A DNA stretch of 64,000 nt, taken from positions 1-64,000 of IMG/VR virus record IMGVR_UViG_3300035365_000057; one strand, 5' to 3'. The DNA is from a virus. Taxonomy: Duplodnaviria; Caudoviricetes. A program made the translations under genes and the position numbers. Below, piece after piece: positions 55,380 through 64,000 of this stretch (position 1 is the first letter of the stretch; each line of letters begins with the position of its first letter). The notes below the pieces were generated by a model, which was not told the origin of the DNA, did not search any database, and was given only the letters and a program-made list of their open reading frames with translations.

Positions 55380-55442
55380 TAACAATTCCGTACTATCAGA
55401 AACTATCAGAAATTATCAGGGAATACAAAAATATAAGCTTTT

Positions 55443-56183
55443 ATGATTGTATTACCTAAAGAAAAACAAAAGGCTAAAGTTGCCAATCCAAAACTCTTAA
55501 TATTATTTGGTAGACCAAAAGCAGGTAAAAGTACACTTGCTGCAGCCATTGATAATAATCTCATCATTGACTTAGAAAATGGTTATCAAGCTCTATCAGC
55601 TTTAGTAGTACAAGCTAGGTCTGTTAAAGACTTCGGTGAAATAGCTACAGCTATTAAAGAAGAGATTAAGCGTAACGGTAAATTCCCTTATAAGTATATA
55701 ACAATAGATAATGCAACTCGCCTTGAGGAAATGTGTCTTTCGTATGCCATTCAGTTGTACAAAGCCACACCTCAAGGTAAAAATTACCAAGGAACAGATA
55801 TTCGTACTCTCCCAAATGGAAGCGGATATATGTGGCTTAGAATGGCAGTTAAAAAAGTAATAGACTTGTTCAGAGATCTATGTGAAACGCTTATAATTAT
55901 CGCTCACGTTAAAGATAGACAAATAACCGTAGATGGTCAAGAAATGTCAGAAATGACAATTGATTTGACAGGTAAATTAGGAGATATAATTTGTGGAGAA
56001 GCAGATGCAATTGGTTACGTATATCGAAAGAAAAACGAAACTATTGTATCATTCGAAGGTGGTGAAAATACCATCAGAGAAGCTAGAGCAGAACATTTAC
56101 GAGGAAAGAAGATTGTAGTAGCTACTAGTGATGAAAATAACAATATTACGGTAGATATGACAAAAATATTTCTCCCAGAATAA
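55443..56183 (+). CDS. Sak4-like / AAA_24 recombination ATPase
   Basis: GRPKAGKST, IIDLE, ITIDN, IIAH, GEADAIGY. Confidence 0.8.
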   Translation: MIVLPKEKQKAKVANPKLLILFGRPKAGKSTLAAAIDNNLIIDLENGYQALSALVVQARSVKDFGEIATAIKEEIKRNGKFPYKYITIDNATRLEEMCLSYAIQLYKATPQGKNYQGTDIRTLPNGSGYMWLRMAVKKVIDLFRDLCETLIIIAHVKDRQITVDGQEMSEMTIDLTGKLGDIICGEADAIGYVYRKKNETIVSFEGGENTIREARAEHLRGKKIVVATSDENNNITVDMTKIFLPE

Positions 56184-56222
56184 CTTTAACAGAATTTTAA
56201 ATCAGTTTAAAGAAAAGATATT

Positions 56223-56825
56223 ATGATATACAGTACAGAATTAGCAAACAAGATTGAAACTATCGATAACAGTAATAAATATCTTGAAGCAGGTATTCAT
56301 GAAAACGTATCTTTAGTAAGTGCAAGAACAGAAAAATCTATTAACGGTAATACGTTCTTAGAAATTAAGTTCGAAAAGGATGGTAAATCATTAGTTCATA
56401 CTGAATGGGAATCTAACAAATTTCCTGAAATGACTGAAGAAGCATACCAGGAGAGAGTATCTCGTCAGGTTAAGCGTGTACTTCAGATTTTGAGCTGTTT
56501 CTATCCTAAAGAAGCACTTGTGTTTGCAGGAGCAACTTATAAAGAATTTGCAGAGTGGGCTGCGAATCTATTAAATGCTGCAGATAAGACGAAATTAGTA
56601 AGAGTAAAGATTGTATATAACAATAAGGGATATACTACTTTGCCTAGCTATTGTAAGTTTACTTTCATTGAACCTATGGAATTACCAGAAGGTGAAAAGA
56701 GTAAGATTACAATTCTGAATATCGATCAGATAACTCGTCCTGTTGTAGCAGATAACGAAGCAAAAGAAACAAATCCTTTGGAAGGAACTACAGAAACATC
56801 AACTAACGATGATCTGCCTTTCTAA
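56223..56825 (+). CDS. Putative single-stranded DNA-binding protein
   Basis: Follows the Sak4-like gene; acidic tail ending DDLPF. Confidence 0.7.
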   Translation: MIYSTELANKIETIDNSNKYLEAGIHENVSLVSARTEKSINGNTFLEIKFEKDGKSLVHTEWESNKFPEMTEEAYQERVSRQVKRVLQILSCFYPKEALVFAGATYKEFAEWAANLLNAADKTKLVRVKIVYNNKGYTTLPSYCKFTFIEPMELPEGEKSKITILNIDQITRPVVADNEAKETNPLEGTTETSTNDDLPF

Positions 56826-56870
56826 AGATTAAAACAAAATAAGCCGCCTACGCTAGGCATATATAGCGAC

Positions 56871-56955
56871 ACGAGGATTAGTATACCACACTATGAAACT
56901 ATCTAAGATAAGTCAGAATAAGTGATTACAAAATAGTATACAATCCTCGTTTTTT
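56871..56955 (+). terminator. Long-loop hairpin with T-tract
   Basis: ACGAGGATT-A-GTATAC ... GTATAC-AATCCTCGT then TTTTT. Confidence 0.5.
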
Positions 56956-56992
56956 AGAAAAAAAATAATATCAAAAACGATTGTTTATAGTC

Positions 56993-57068
56993 TGTGGTTT
57001 AGCTCAGTGGTAGAGCGACAGTTCTTAGTAAGCTGTAGGTCGTAGGTTCGAATCCGGTACAACCACGG
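56993..57068 (+). tRNA. Atypical tRNA (Thr-like scaffold; loop TCTTAGTAA, anticodon ambiguous)
   Basis: TGTGGTT/AACCACG acceptor, canonical D arm, ACAGT/GCTGT stem with 9-nt loop, 2-nt bulge in the T stem. Confidence 0.65.
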
Positions 57069-57117
57069 GTCAACGTTGGAGTTGCTATAAAAGGTAGTTT
57101 TGATATTTTTAAAAAAA

Positions 57118-57628
57118 GGACTTTTAGCTCAGTCGGTCAGAGCATTTAGATTAAAAAAATATGCAAAAAATGAAAAAATACGATATAGAAAACGTAATAG
57201 ATTTACGCGATAATTAGAACTTAACTTGGAAACAAATTGGAAATCTTTTAAAAATCTCTCCAGAAACATTACGAAAAGCATATAAAAGAATAAAAGAAGA
57301 AAAGACTTCGCATTAGATAAATCCGAATTCTTATATTTTTCAAAAGAAAAGAGGTTTGGAAAGAAAAAAACAATTTGTAAAAGATTTAGGTGGAAAATGT
57401 CAAATATGCGGTTATAATAAAAATATAGCAGCGTTAGAATTTCATCACATACAACCAAGTACAAAAAAATTCCAATTAGATGTAAGACACTTATCAAATA
57501 CAAATATACAAACATTAAAAGAAGAAATAGAAAAATGTATATTAGTGTGTGCTAATTGTCATAGAGAAATTCATTATGCTGCATAACTCATAATCTGAAG
57601 GTCGTAGGTTCAAGCCCTACAAGGTCCA
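57118..57628 (+). tRNA. tRNA-Met(CAU) interrupted by a 436-nt HNH-coding insert
   Basis: 5' half 57118-57150 (GGACTTT, D arm, TTAGA); 3' half 57587-57628 (CTCATAA, TCTGA, AGGTC, T arm, AAGGTCC-A); the halves pair. Confidence 0.85.
57170..57586 (+). CDS. HTH-HNH endonuclease, 138 aa (2 TAG=Gln)
   Basis: MKKYDIENVIDLRDNQ(TAG)NLTWKQIGNLLKISPETLRKAYKR...CQICGY...LEFHH...LVCANCHREIH. Confidence 0.85.
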
Positions 57629-57647
57629 CAATTAAACCATATATCAT

Positions 57648-58619
57648 ATGCTATACGATACAACTAAAATACAAGAAGAACAGCAAGTTACGTTAGAATG
57701 GATACTTTCTAAAGTAACTGAATATGATATATACTCAGCGTATATTGGTAATTTTAAAGTAGGAATGATCTATAACAGTCCTTTTAGACAGGATAAAAAT
57801 CCTTCATTTGGCTGTTATTACAGTAGAACGACGAAACAACTAATGTTTAAAGATCATGGTACAGGTGATTGCGGTAATGTAATTAAATTCGTCTCATTAC
57901 TTACCGGTTTAACTAATTATTCAGATATACTCAATAATATAGTTAATAAGCTTAAAATTACTAATAATACGCAACTCGTTAGCTCTAAGCAATACATATC
58001 GTCCAAAGAGACAGTAATTGGTGTTGTCCGACAAGACTTTACTCTAACTGACACCAATTACTGGTCTCAGTTCAATATATCATTAGATACATTGAAAAAA
58101 TTTGGAGTAAGTAGTATTAAATATTATTTATGTGACGGTATTGTTAAGGGTATTTACAAGGATACAAATCCTATGTACGCATATAAGGTCTACAATCATT
58201 TTAAAATATATCGACCTTTAGCAGATAAATATACGAAATGGCGTAATAACCTGACAGAAAATGATATTCAGGGGTTTAAACAGTTACCTAAAACTGGAGA
58301 TATACTCATTATTACAAAGAGTATGAAAGACGTCATGTGTTTATACGAAATGGGTATACCAGCAATAAGCCCATCATCAGAAAGTACGTTTATTCCAGAT
58401 AAGGCTTTAGAACAGCTTAAAAAACGTTTTAAACGCATTATAATACTTTTTGATAGAGATAAAGCTGGTGTTAAATATCTTCGCAAAATAAGCGTTAAAA
58501 CAGGCTTAGAAGGATTTCTTTTAAATAAGAAATTTAAAGCAAAAGATGTATCGGATGCTATTAAAGCTAATGGATTTGAAAAAATTAAAAGTTGGATTTA
58601 TAAAGAGTTAAAACTATGA
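57648..58619 (+). CDS. dnaG: DNA primase (TOPRIM)
   Basis: SPFRQDKNPSF, FKDHG, ITKSMKD, FDRDKAG, KDVSD. Confidence 0.88.
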   Translation: MLYDTTKIQEEQQVTLEWILSKVTEYDIYSAYIGNFKVGMIYNSPFRQDKNPSFGCYYSRTTKQLMFKDHGTGDCGNVIKFVSLLTGLTNYSDILNNIVNKLKITNNTQLVSSKQYISSKETVIGVVRQDFTLTDTNYWSQFNISLDTLKKFGVSSIKYYLCDGIVKGIYKDTNPMYAYKVYNHFKIYRPLADKYTKWRNNLTENDIQGFKQLPKTGDILIITKSMKDVMCLYEMGIPAISPSSESTFIPDKALEQLKKRFKRIIILFDRDKAGVKYLRKISVKTGLEGFLLNKKFKAKDVSDAIKANGFEKIKSWIYKELKL

Positions 58620-58840
58620 ATACAGTAAATAAAATATTCAATGGAATTCGTAAAATAATTGCTTTTCCTTTTAAAGCAATTGGTATTATTACTATTGTAC
58701 TTGGTACACTGATTCTATTAGGTGGATTTAGTATTTATGGTAATATTGATAATGTGAAAAAATCAATAGCAGATCTAAAAATTGAATTAGAAAATACCAA
58801 AAATGAGATAGAAAAAGCAAAGAAAGAAGAAAAAGAGTGA
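58616..58840 (+). CDS. Small membrane protein
   Basis: One TM segment followed by a coiled coil. Confidence 0.6.
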   Translation: MNTVNKIFNGIRKIIAFPFKAIGIITIVLGTLILLGGFSIYGNIDNVKKSIADLKIELENTKNEIEKAKKEEKE

Positions 58841-59204
58841 AGGTCTTGTTAAGAACGCCACTCCTAACGAATTCGATGGAATAAAATTTCGTAGTAAACT
58901 TGAAACATATACATATAAAAAGCTGAAAGAAGCAAAAATAGATGCTGAATATGAAAAGCATAAATTTGAGCTACTTCCAGCTTTTAATTTTCATGGTGAA
59001 AAAGTAAGAGCAATTACATATTTACCAGATTTTGTCGGAAAAAACTTTATAATTGAATGTAAAGGATTTCCGAATGATGCCTTTCCTTTAAAGGAAAAAC
59101 TATTCAAACATCTGCTCGTGGATATACTCCCAGATAGTATGTATTATGTAGTACATACTCAAAAACAAGTCGATAAATTAATTAACGAATTGAAAAATCT
59201 ATGA
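58803..59204 (+). CDS. PD-(D/E)XK endonuclease (resolvase/DUF1064-like), 133 aa, TAG at codon 3
   Basis: ATG AGA TAG AAA...KNATPNEFDGIKFRSKLE...YLPDF...IIECKG; TGA overlaps the next ATG; missing from the ORF track. Confidence 0.8.
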
Positions 59205-60055
59205 GCAATTTTATTATTAACGGAGAACGTATTGTAACTAAACCAGAAGGTCAAGATTATGATTTAATGCCGGGCAAAGTATACGATTTACTATTCGATA
59301 ATTATGAAATGTATTCATATTTAAAAGAAAATGGTAACTTAAATATGCCTAAAAAGATATATGAAATTGAAGAAGATATTAAATTCATGGATAGAGTATT
59401 ATTATTCCACAATTCGGAATACAATAACGGTAATACTGGTGTGTTACTTGCTGGAGATAAAGGAACCGGAAAATCCATGCTAGCAAAAAGAATTGCTTTA
59501 AAAAGTAATTTACCAATTATAATTGTAGATTCTTCATATCCTTTATGGCAAATTACTAAATTCTTTAAGAAAGTAAAGACAGAAACATGCATTATCTTCG
59601 ATGAAATTGAAAAAAATCCAAGAACATGGCCATCTGAAGATCTATTAACATTTTTGGACGGTATACAAGAAACCGGTAAGAAAATCGTAATTATGACATG
59701 CAATAAAACAGAAGGCTTAGATGAAAATCTGTTCGATCGTTGTTCTCGAATACGTTATTATCGCAAGTATAAAGCAAACGCTAATGAAATATTTATTAAA
59801 GAAATGATTGAAGATAAAGGTTTAACACCCAATCAACCTTTAATAGATTTTATTAAACGTTTCACAGTAAAATCATTCGATAATATCAATTCATTCTTAG
59901 ATGAATATAAATTATATTTAGAAACTACTGATACTAACTTTATGTTAGAAAATGTAGCAAATATAATGAATATTTCATTAGAAGATGAGTTAGAAAAGAA
60001 TGATTCAAAAGATAATATTGAAAATGATCTTATTCTTAACGATATTGACGTATAA
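59201..60055 (+). CDS. AAA+ ATPase
   Basis: GDKGTGKS Walker A, IIFDEIEK Walker B, MTCN, DRCSR. Confidence 0.85.
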   Translation: MSNFIINGERIVTKPEGQDYDLMPGKVYDLLFDNYEMYSYLKENGNLNMPKKIYEIEEDIKFMDRVLLFHNSEYNNGNTGVLLAGDKGTGKSMLAKRIALKSNLPIIIVDSSYPLWQITKFFKKVKTETCIIFDEIEKNPRTWPSEDLLTFLDGIQETGKKIVIMTCNKTEGLDENLFDRCSRIRYYRKYKANANEIFIKEMIEDKGLTPNQPLIDFIKRFTVKSFDNINSFLDEYKLYLETTDTNFMLENVANIMNISLEDELEKNDSKDNIENDLILNDIDV

Positions 60056-60072
60056 ACTTACTTTGTGTATCT

Positions 60073-61050
60073 ATGACGATAACTAAACCGTATTACGAAG
60101 ACATGGACCGTATCAGTAACTCTGGTATTGGTTGGTTCCTTAAAAAAGGACCTCAGTACTATCATGATATGGTTACAGGTAAAGAAGAAGGATTAAAACT
60201 TCCTCAGCTTGAAAAAGGTACGATGATACACGAATACTTATTACAATCAGAAGAATTCTGGAAAGATTATGTTGTTCTTGATTATGAAGTACCTAAAGTA
60301 AAACAACAAAAAGATTTCTGTGAGGCATATGTAGCTTCATTAGAACTTACAGAAGATGACAAAAGACTAAAAGCATATCGTAGCGCATATAACAATACGA
60401 AAAGCGATGCAATAGCCTTAAAAGAAGCTACAGAGTTAGTCAATAAATATCCAAATTATATTGATTATCTCAGTCAAATTGACAATAAAAAAGTAATATC
60501 ATTTGCTGATTTAAATATGCTCAAAAAGATTAAAGAGAATATTGATAATCATAAGAAAGCAAAAGAATTATTATCCGATATATCCGGTTGTGAAAATCAT
60601 AATGAATTTCACATAAACTGGGAAATAAAAATAAAAGGTTGGTTGGCACCTTGTAAATCATTATTAGATAGAGTCATATTTGATCATATAAATCATAAGA
60701 TTATACTAATAGATTTAAAAACAACCAGTGATGTTTATAATTTCAAACATTCTGTAGAAGAATTTGGATATTATAGACAAATTACGTATTATCTAATGGC
60801 AATTACATGGTATATGAAAGACTGTGATATTGATATTAGTGAGTACGATTTGGAAGCTTACATTATAGCCATTCAAACAAATGGTAATAATGAAGTAAGA
60901 GTATTTGATATGTATAACGATGAGGAGTTACTCAGCAGTAAAGACATTATCTTAGATGCATTATCAGAACTTTCATACCATTATCAGACTAATAATTGGG
61001 AACATACTCGTAATTATTATGAAGGCAATGGTGTTGAAAAACTTGAATGA
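60073..61050 (+). CDS. PD-(D/E)XK exonuclease (RecE/ExoVIII-like)
   Basis: GTMIHEYLL, KSLLD, IDLKTT, YYRQITYY. Confidence 0.8.
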   Translation: MTITKPYYEDMDRISNSGIGWFLKKGPQYYHDMVTGKEEGLKLPQLEKGTMIHEYLLQSEEFWKDYVVLDYEVPKVKQQKDFCEAYVASLELTEDDKRLKAYRSAYNNTKSDAIALKEATELVNKYPNYIDYLSQIDNKKVISFADLNMLKKIKENIDNHKKAKELLSDISGCENHNEFHINWEIKIKGWLAPCKSLLDRVIFDHINHKIILIDLKTTSDVYNFKHSVEEFGYYRQITYYLMAITWYMKDCDIDISEYDLEAYIIAIQTNGNNEVRVFDMYNDEELLSSKDIILDALSELSYHYQTNNWEHTRNYYEGNGVEKLE

Positions 61051-61528
61051 CGTTAGTATCTTTATTGCTCCACTATTAGACGATAAAATTACAATAAATG
61101 ATTTGACAACTGAAAGTGGATTTATTAATGCTTATACTTCTGATATAAATAGACCGTATCTAGAAAATAAAGTATTTTTGTTATATGATAGCCAAGTAAA
61201 TACAAAAGAATCTTTAGAACGATTTTGTAAATTCGATAAACTTGATACTATTCATAACACAAAATATATTACAATAAATAAGCATCATTATACAGTATAT
61301 TGTTTTAACAATCCTATTTACAATAATGAAATTAATAATCTTAAATCTTTTGGTAAAACAAATAATCTTAATGCTAATTTTAGAATATACAATTTTTGGA
61401 AAGACGTGCCAATTCCAAGATTGAATGAAAGATTATTTTTTCCGAATTGCGGTTTTGGTGAGACCGTAGAAGCTGAATTACCAGAAGAAGATTATTATGA
61501 TTATCTAGATAAATTTATTTCTAGATAA
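61028..61528 (+). CDS. Hypothetical protein (166 aa)
   Basis: ATG at 61028 overlaps the upstream gene; last gene of the rightward arm. Confidence 0.65.
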   Translation: MVLKNLNDVSIFIAPLLDDKITINDLTTESGFINAYTSDINRPYLENKVFLLYDSQVNTKESLERFCKFDKLDTIHNTKYITINKHHYTVYCFNNPIYNNEINNLKSFGKTNNLNANFRIYNFWKDVPIPRLNERLFFPNCGFGETVEAELPEEDYYDYLDKFISR

Positions 61529-61530
61529 GA

Positions 61531-61573
61531 AAATAGCCCTGATAGCAATTAAGTTATCAGGGCTATATTTTTT
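61531..61573. terminator. Bidirectional intrinsic terminator between convergent arms
   Basis: ATAGCCCTGATAGC / GTTATCAGGGCTAT stem flanked by A and T tracts. Confidence 0.85.
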
Positions 61574-61611
61574 ATAAGTAAAATTAATATCTGAGAATCT
61601 ATATAGAAACT

Positions 61612-64000
61612 TTAGAAGCTCATCAATTGATTCTATAAATAATTTCGTTTAGATTTTGGATCTTGTGCTTCAATAATACTTCTAAAAGGTGTTACCTTTA
61701 TAATATTTTTTAAAATTCTTGGCATTCCTTCGTATACACCTCTATCGATTATATCAAAAGGTCCTTTTCCTCCGAAGTATGTAAATGGATTAAATAATCC
61801 TATAATATTAGAAGCATTCTCCAAAGTTGAAAATGCTGCTGTTGGAGATTTAATCATTGAAACAAATTCAAATGGATTATACATAGTTCTAAATTCAAAT
61901 GCAGATCGCAATGCCAAATATGTAATAGACTAGAATAACCAATTATCATAATCATCATCACCGTCTACAATTGCAGCCATTGTTAAAGCTACTGTTGTAG
62001 AACCAGCTATCAATAGCATGTCATATAATACTTTTTTAACAGCATATTGCTCATATTCCTACATATTATCATAATCAGCTAATAACTGAGTAAGAGCAAA
62101 ATGTCTATTTCCAATTACATTCTTTAAAAATTTTCCAGTAACCCAATAATATCCATCTTCTATTACTCCTAAATCCAAATTGAAATGTCTTCTTTTAAAT
62201 CTGTCGTGCAAACCCTATATCATAAAGTTTTTATGCATTACAACATATGCAGTTATTGCATTTGCATGTATAGCTGACTTATCAACCTCTCTAAGAGTTC
62301 CGTCTATTCGTTTACTTATTATCTCTATTCTATTTCTAACATCATTCAATAATTTGTTTGTTACATATTTAGAATATTTATCAGATAATATTGTATCTCC
62401 ATTTGGTAATTCCTCATACGCATCATATAAATTTGTATCCAATTGTGAAAACATTACTTTACCTTTTTTTCTGTTAGCTGGATAGAATTTATTAATGTAT
62501 TCATTTTCGGACATAAATCCAACACCTTTTACAAATCTATAATTATCATATACACTTAATAAAGTGTGACTCTTAACAACGTAATCAGATTGGGTATAAC
62601 CCATATACCAGAAGTTCTAATTAATAGATCTTAATACCTAGCTCTAATCGAGTCTATCGAATAATTCTCTATTCTCTTTTACAACCTGATTTAGCATCAT
62701 AAGATATGCTAATTTTCCTTTCGGAACTGGATTACCTATATTTTCCATCATACTTGGTAATTGTCTTTGAAATTCCTATATAGCAAATCTTAAATTCTTA
62801 GTATTAAAAAATCTACCTAATTTAGATTCCATAGTAGTATACGTAGTATCTGTAAAGAAACTAGTTGCTATAGACCATATATTACCAGATAGATTTACTT
62901 TAGTAATAAAAGATCTTAGTAAATTTAATAACTTAGATACATTTATTTCTTTGCCGAATATTTCTGTTTGAATAGGATTAACTTTTCTACCATAAAGTAT
63001 TCTATCAACTAATAACTGTGCCTATTGATAAACATTAGTAGATCCTGCGGTTTTAATTCCTCTTTTTGTAGAGATCTATATTTGTTTTAATAGATTCAAT
63101 AACATTTCAATATCATCCTATTTACTACTCATATTTTTATAATTAGCAGCCATATCATAATATTGAACTACCGCAGCAACAGCATCAGTACTAATAGTAT
63201 TCGGATCATCTAACATTTTTATATACCTAGTAGGTATTACTTTTATAGGGTCACCATTAGGCATTGTTGAATAATCTTCTACAAAATCTAAATCGTCAGA
63301 CTATGTTTGAATAACTTCTTCAAAACTATATTTGATAGATCCAAGAACACCTTTTCTTCCTATAACTTGCATATATCTAGCAGGTATTTGAGGCATTCTT
63401 GTATCATCGTGATTAACCAAGAAAGAAATATAAGAATTAGCTTTCAACATTGTATCTGTTATCTAATCATATAATTCTTTTACTTCTGGTTTATTAGCCA
63501 TTTCGTTGTACGCTTTACTATTATCATACAATTTCTTGTTAGGCTGAATTGATGGACCATTTGGATCGAAATCTTTATTATACCAATCAGAACTAGGATC
63601 TACATCACTATACTTATTTATAGGTATTATTTCAGTATATTTTTCAATATATTCATCTTTTGGTTTTAATTGAGTATAATAAGATGCCGGTCTCATTTGT
63701 CCTCTGTTATCTTCGTAGTGATTAGCATCAAACCATTCCTAGAATTTACCATTTTCTCTAGCAATATTTGCGTCTCTATAATATTCATCGGTAGGTACAA
63801 CCTCAGCGAAATTAGAAAATTTATCGAGTAATCCATCCGGATCGTCTACTTTTTCATACGTACGCAGATCAGCAATATCTTTATCTAACTATAATATTGA
63901 TGCTTTTTCAATATCAGATAATGAATCGGCTTTTACTGTACCAGTTACTGGATCTCTAAATAATCGTAATATATATCTTCTCTTTTCTCTTAATTCGTAT
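61612..64000 (-). CDS. C-terminal ~795 aa of a giant virion-packaged protein (RNA polymerase gene cluster type; TAG=Gln)
   Basis: ORFs 63463..63696, 62215..62604 and 61633..61917 share one frame and end in TAG; first TAA at 61612. Identity inferred from size and position. Confidence 0.7.

Noticed and set aside
57151-57586. Group I intron in tRNA-Met
   Set aside because: The insert is almost all ORF, with no P3/P7 core visible and no terminal G at the 3' junction.
57575-57586. HNH C-terminus HYAA as another ssrA-like degron
   Set aside because: Not LAA, and the sequence is constrained by the adjoining tRNA half; a single weak case.
1-64000. TGA recoding
   Set aside because: TGA appears only at plausible gene ends, often overlapping the next ATG; no gene needed TGA read-through.

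Overview
64 kb of a crAss-like bacteriophage (Crassvirales; probably the delta/Suoliviridae group, which is an inference from PolB, gene order and TAG recoding). Two arms diverge from an AT-rich switch at about 30.65-30.9 kb. The minus-strand late arm (1-30.6 kb) holds tail and fibre genes, ring proteins, auxiliary capsid, MCP, scaffold, an intein-containing portal, TerL, putative TerS, thyX and two GIY-YIG homing endonucleases. It is written in a code where TAG = Gln, so the supplied ORF fragments join in frame across TAG, and it carries an amber suppressor tRNA (CUA). The plus-strand early/replication arm (30.9-61.5 kb) is almost all standard code: amidoligase, ECF sigma, PolB, DnaB-like helicase, AAA ATPases, SSB-like protein, primase, exonuclease, tRNAs and several kb of structured non-coding DNA. 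After a bidirectional terminator, the C-terminus of a giant TAG-recoded virion protein enters from the right. Main observations: (1) a circularly permuted two-piece tmRNA with a G3.U70 acceptor stem, a long inter-piece helix, a pseudoknot and the tag GKTFVTDYTRIAAA; (2) a tRNA-Met(CAU) split in its anticodon arm by an amber-recoded HNH nuclease; (3) the only TAG-dependent genes I found in the early arm are nucleases; (4) tRNA-like minihelix elements and families of hairpins with conserved loops and covarying stems; (5) early proteins ending in ssrA-like -LAA. All calls come from reading the sequence by eye; no searches were run.
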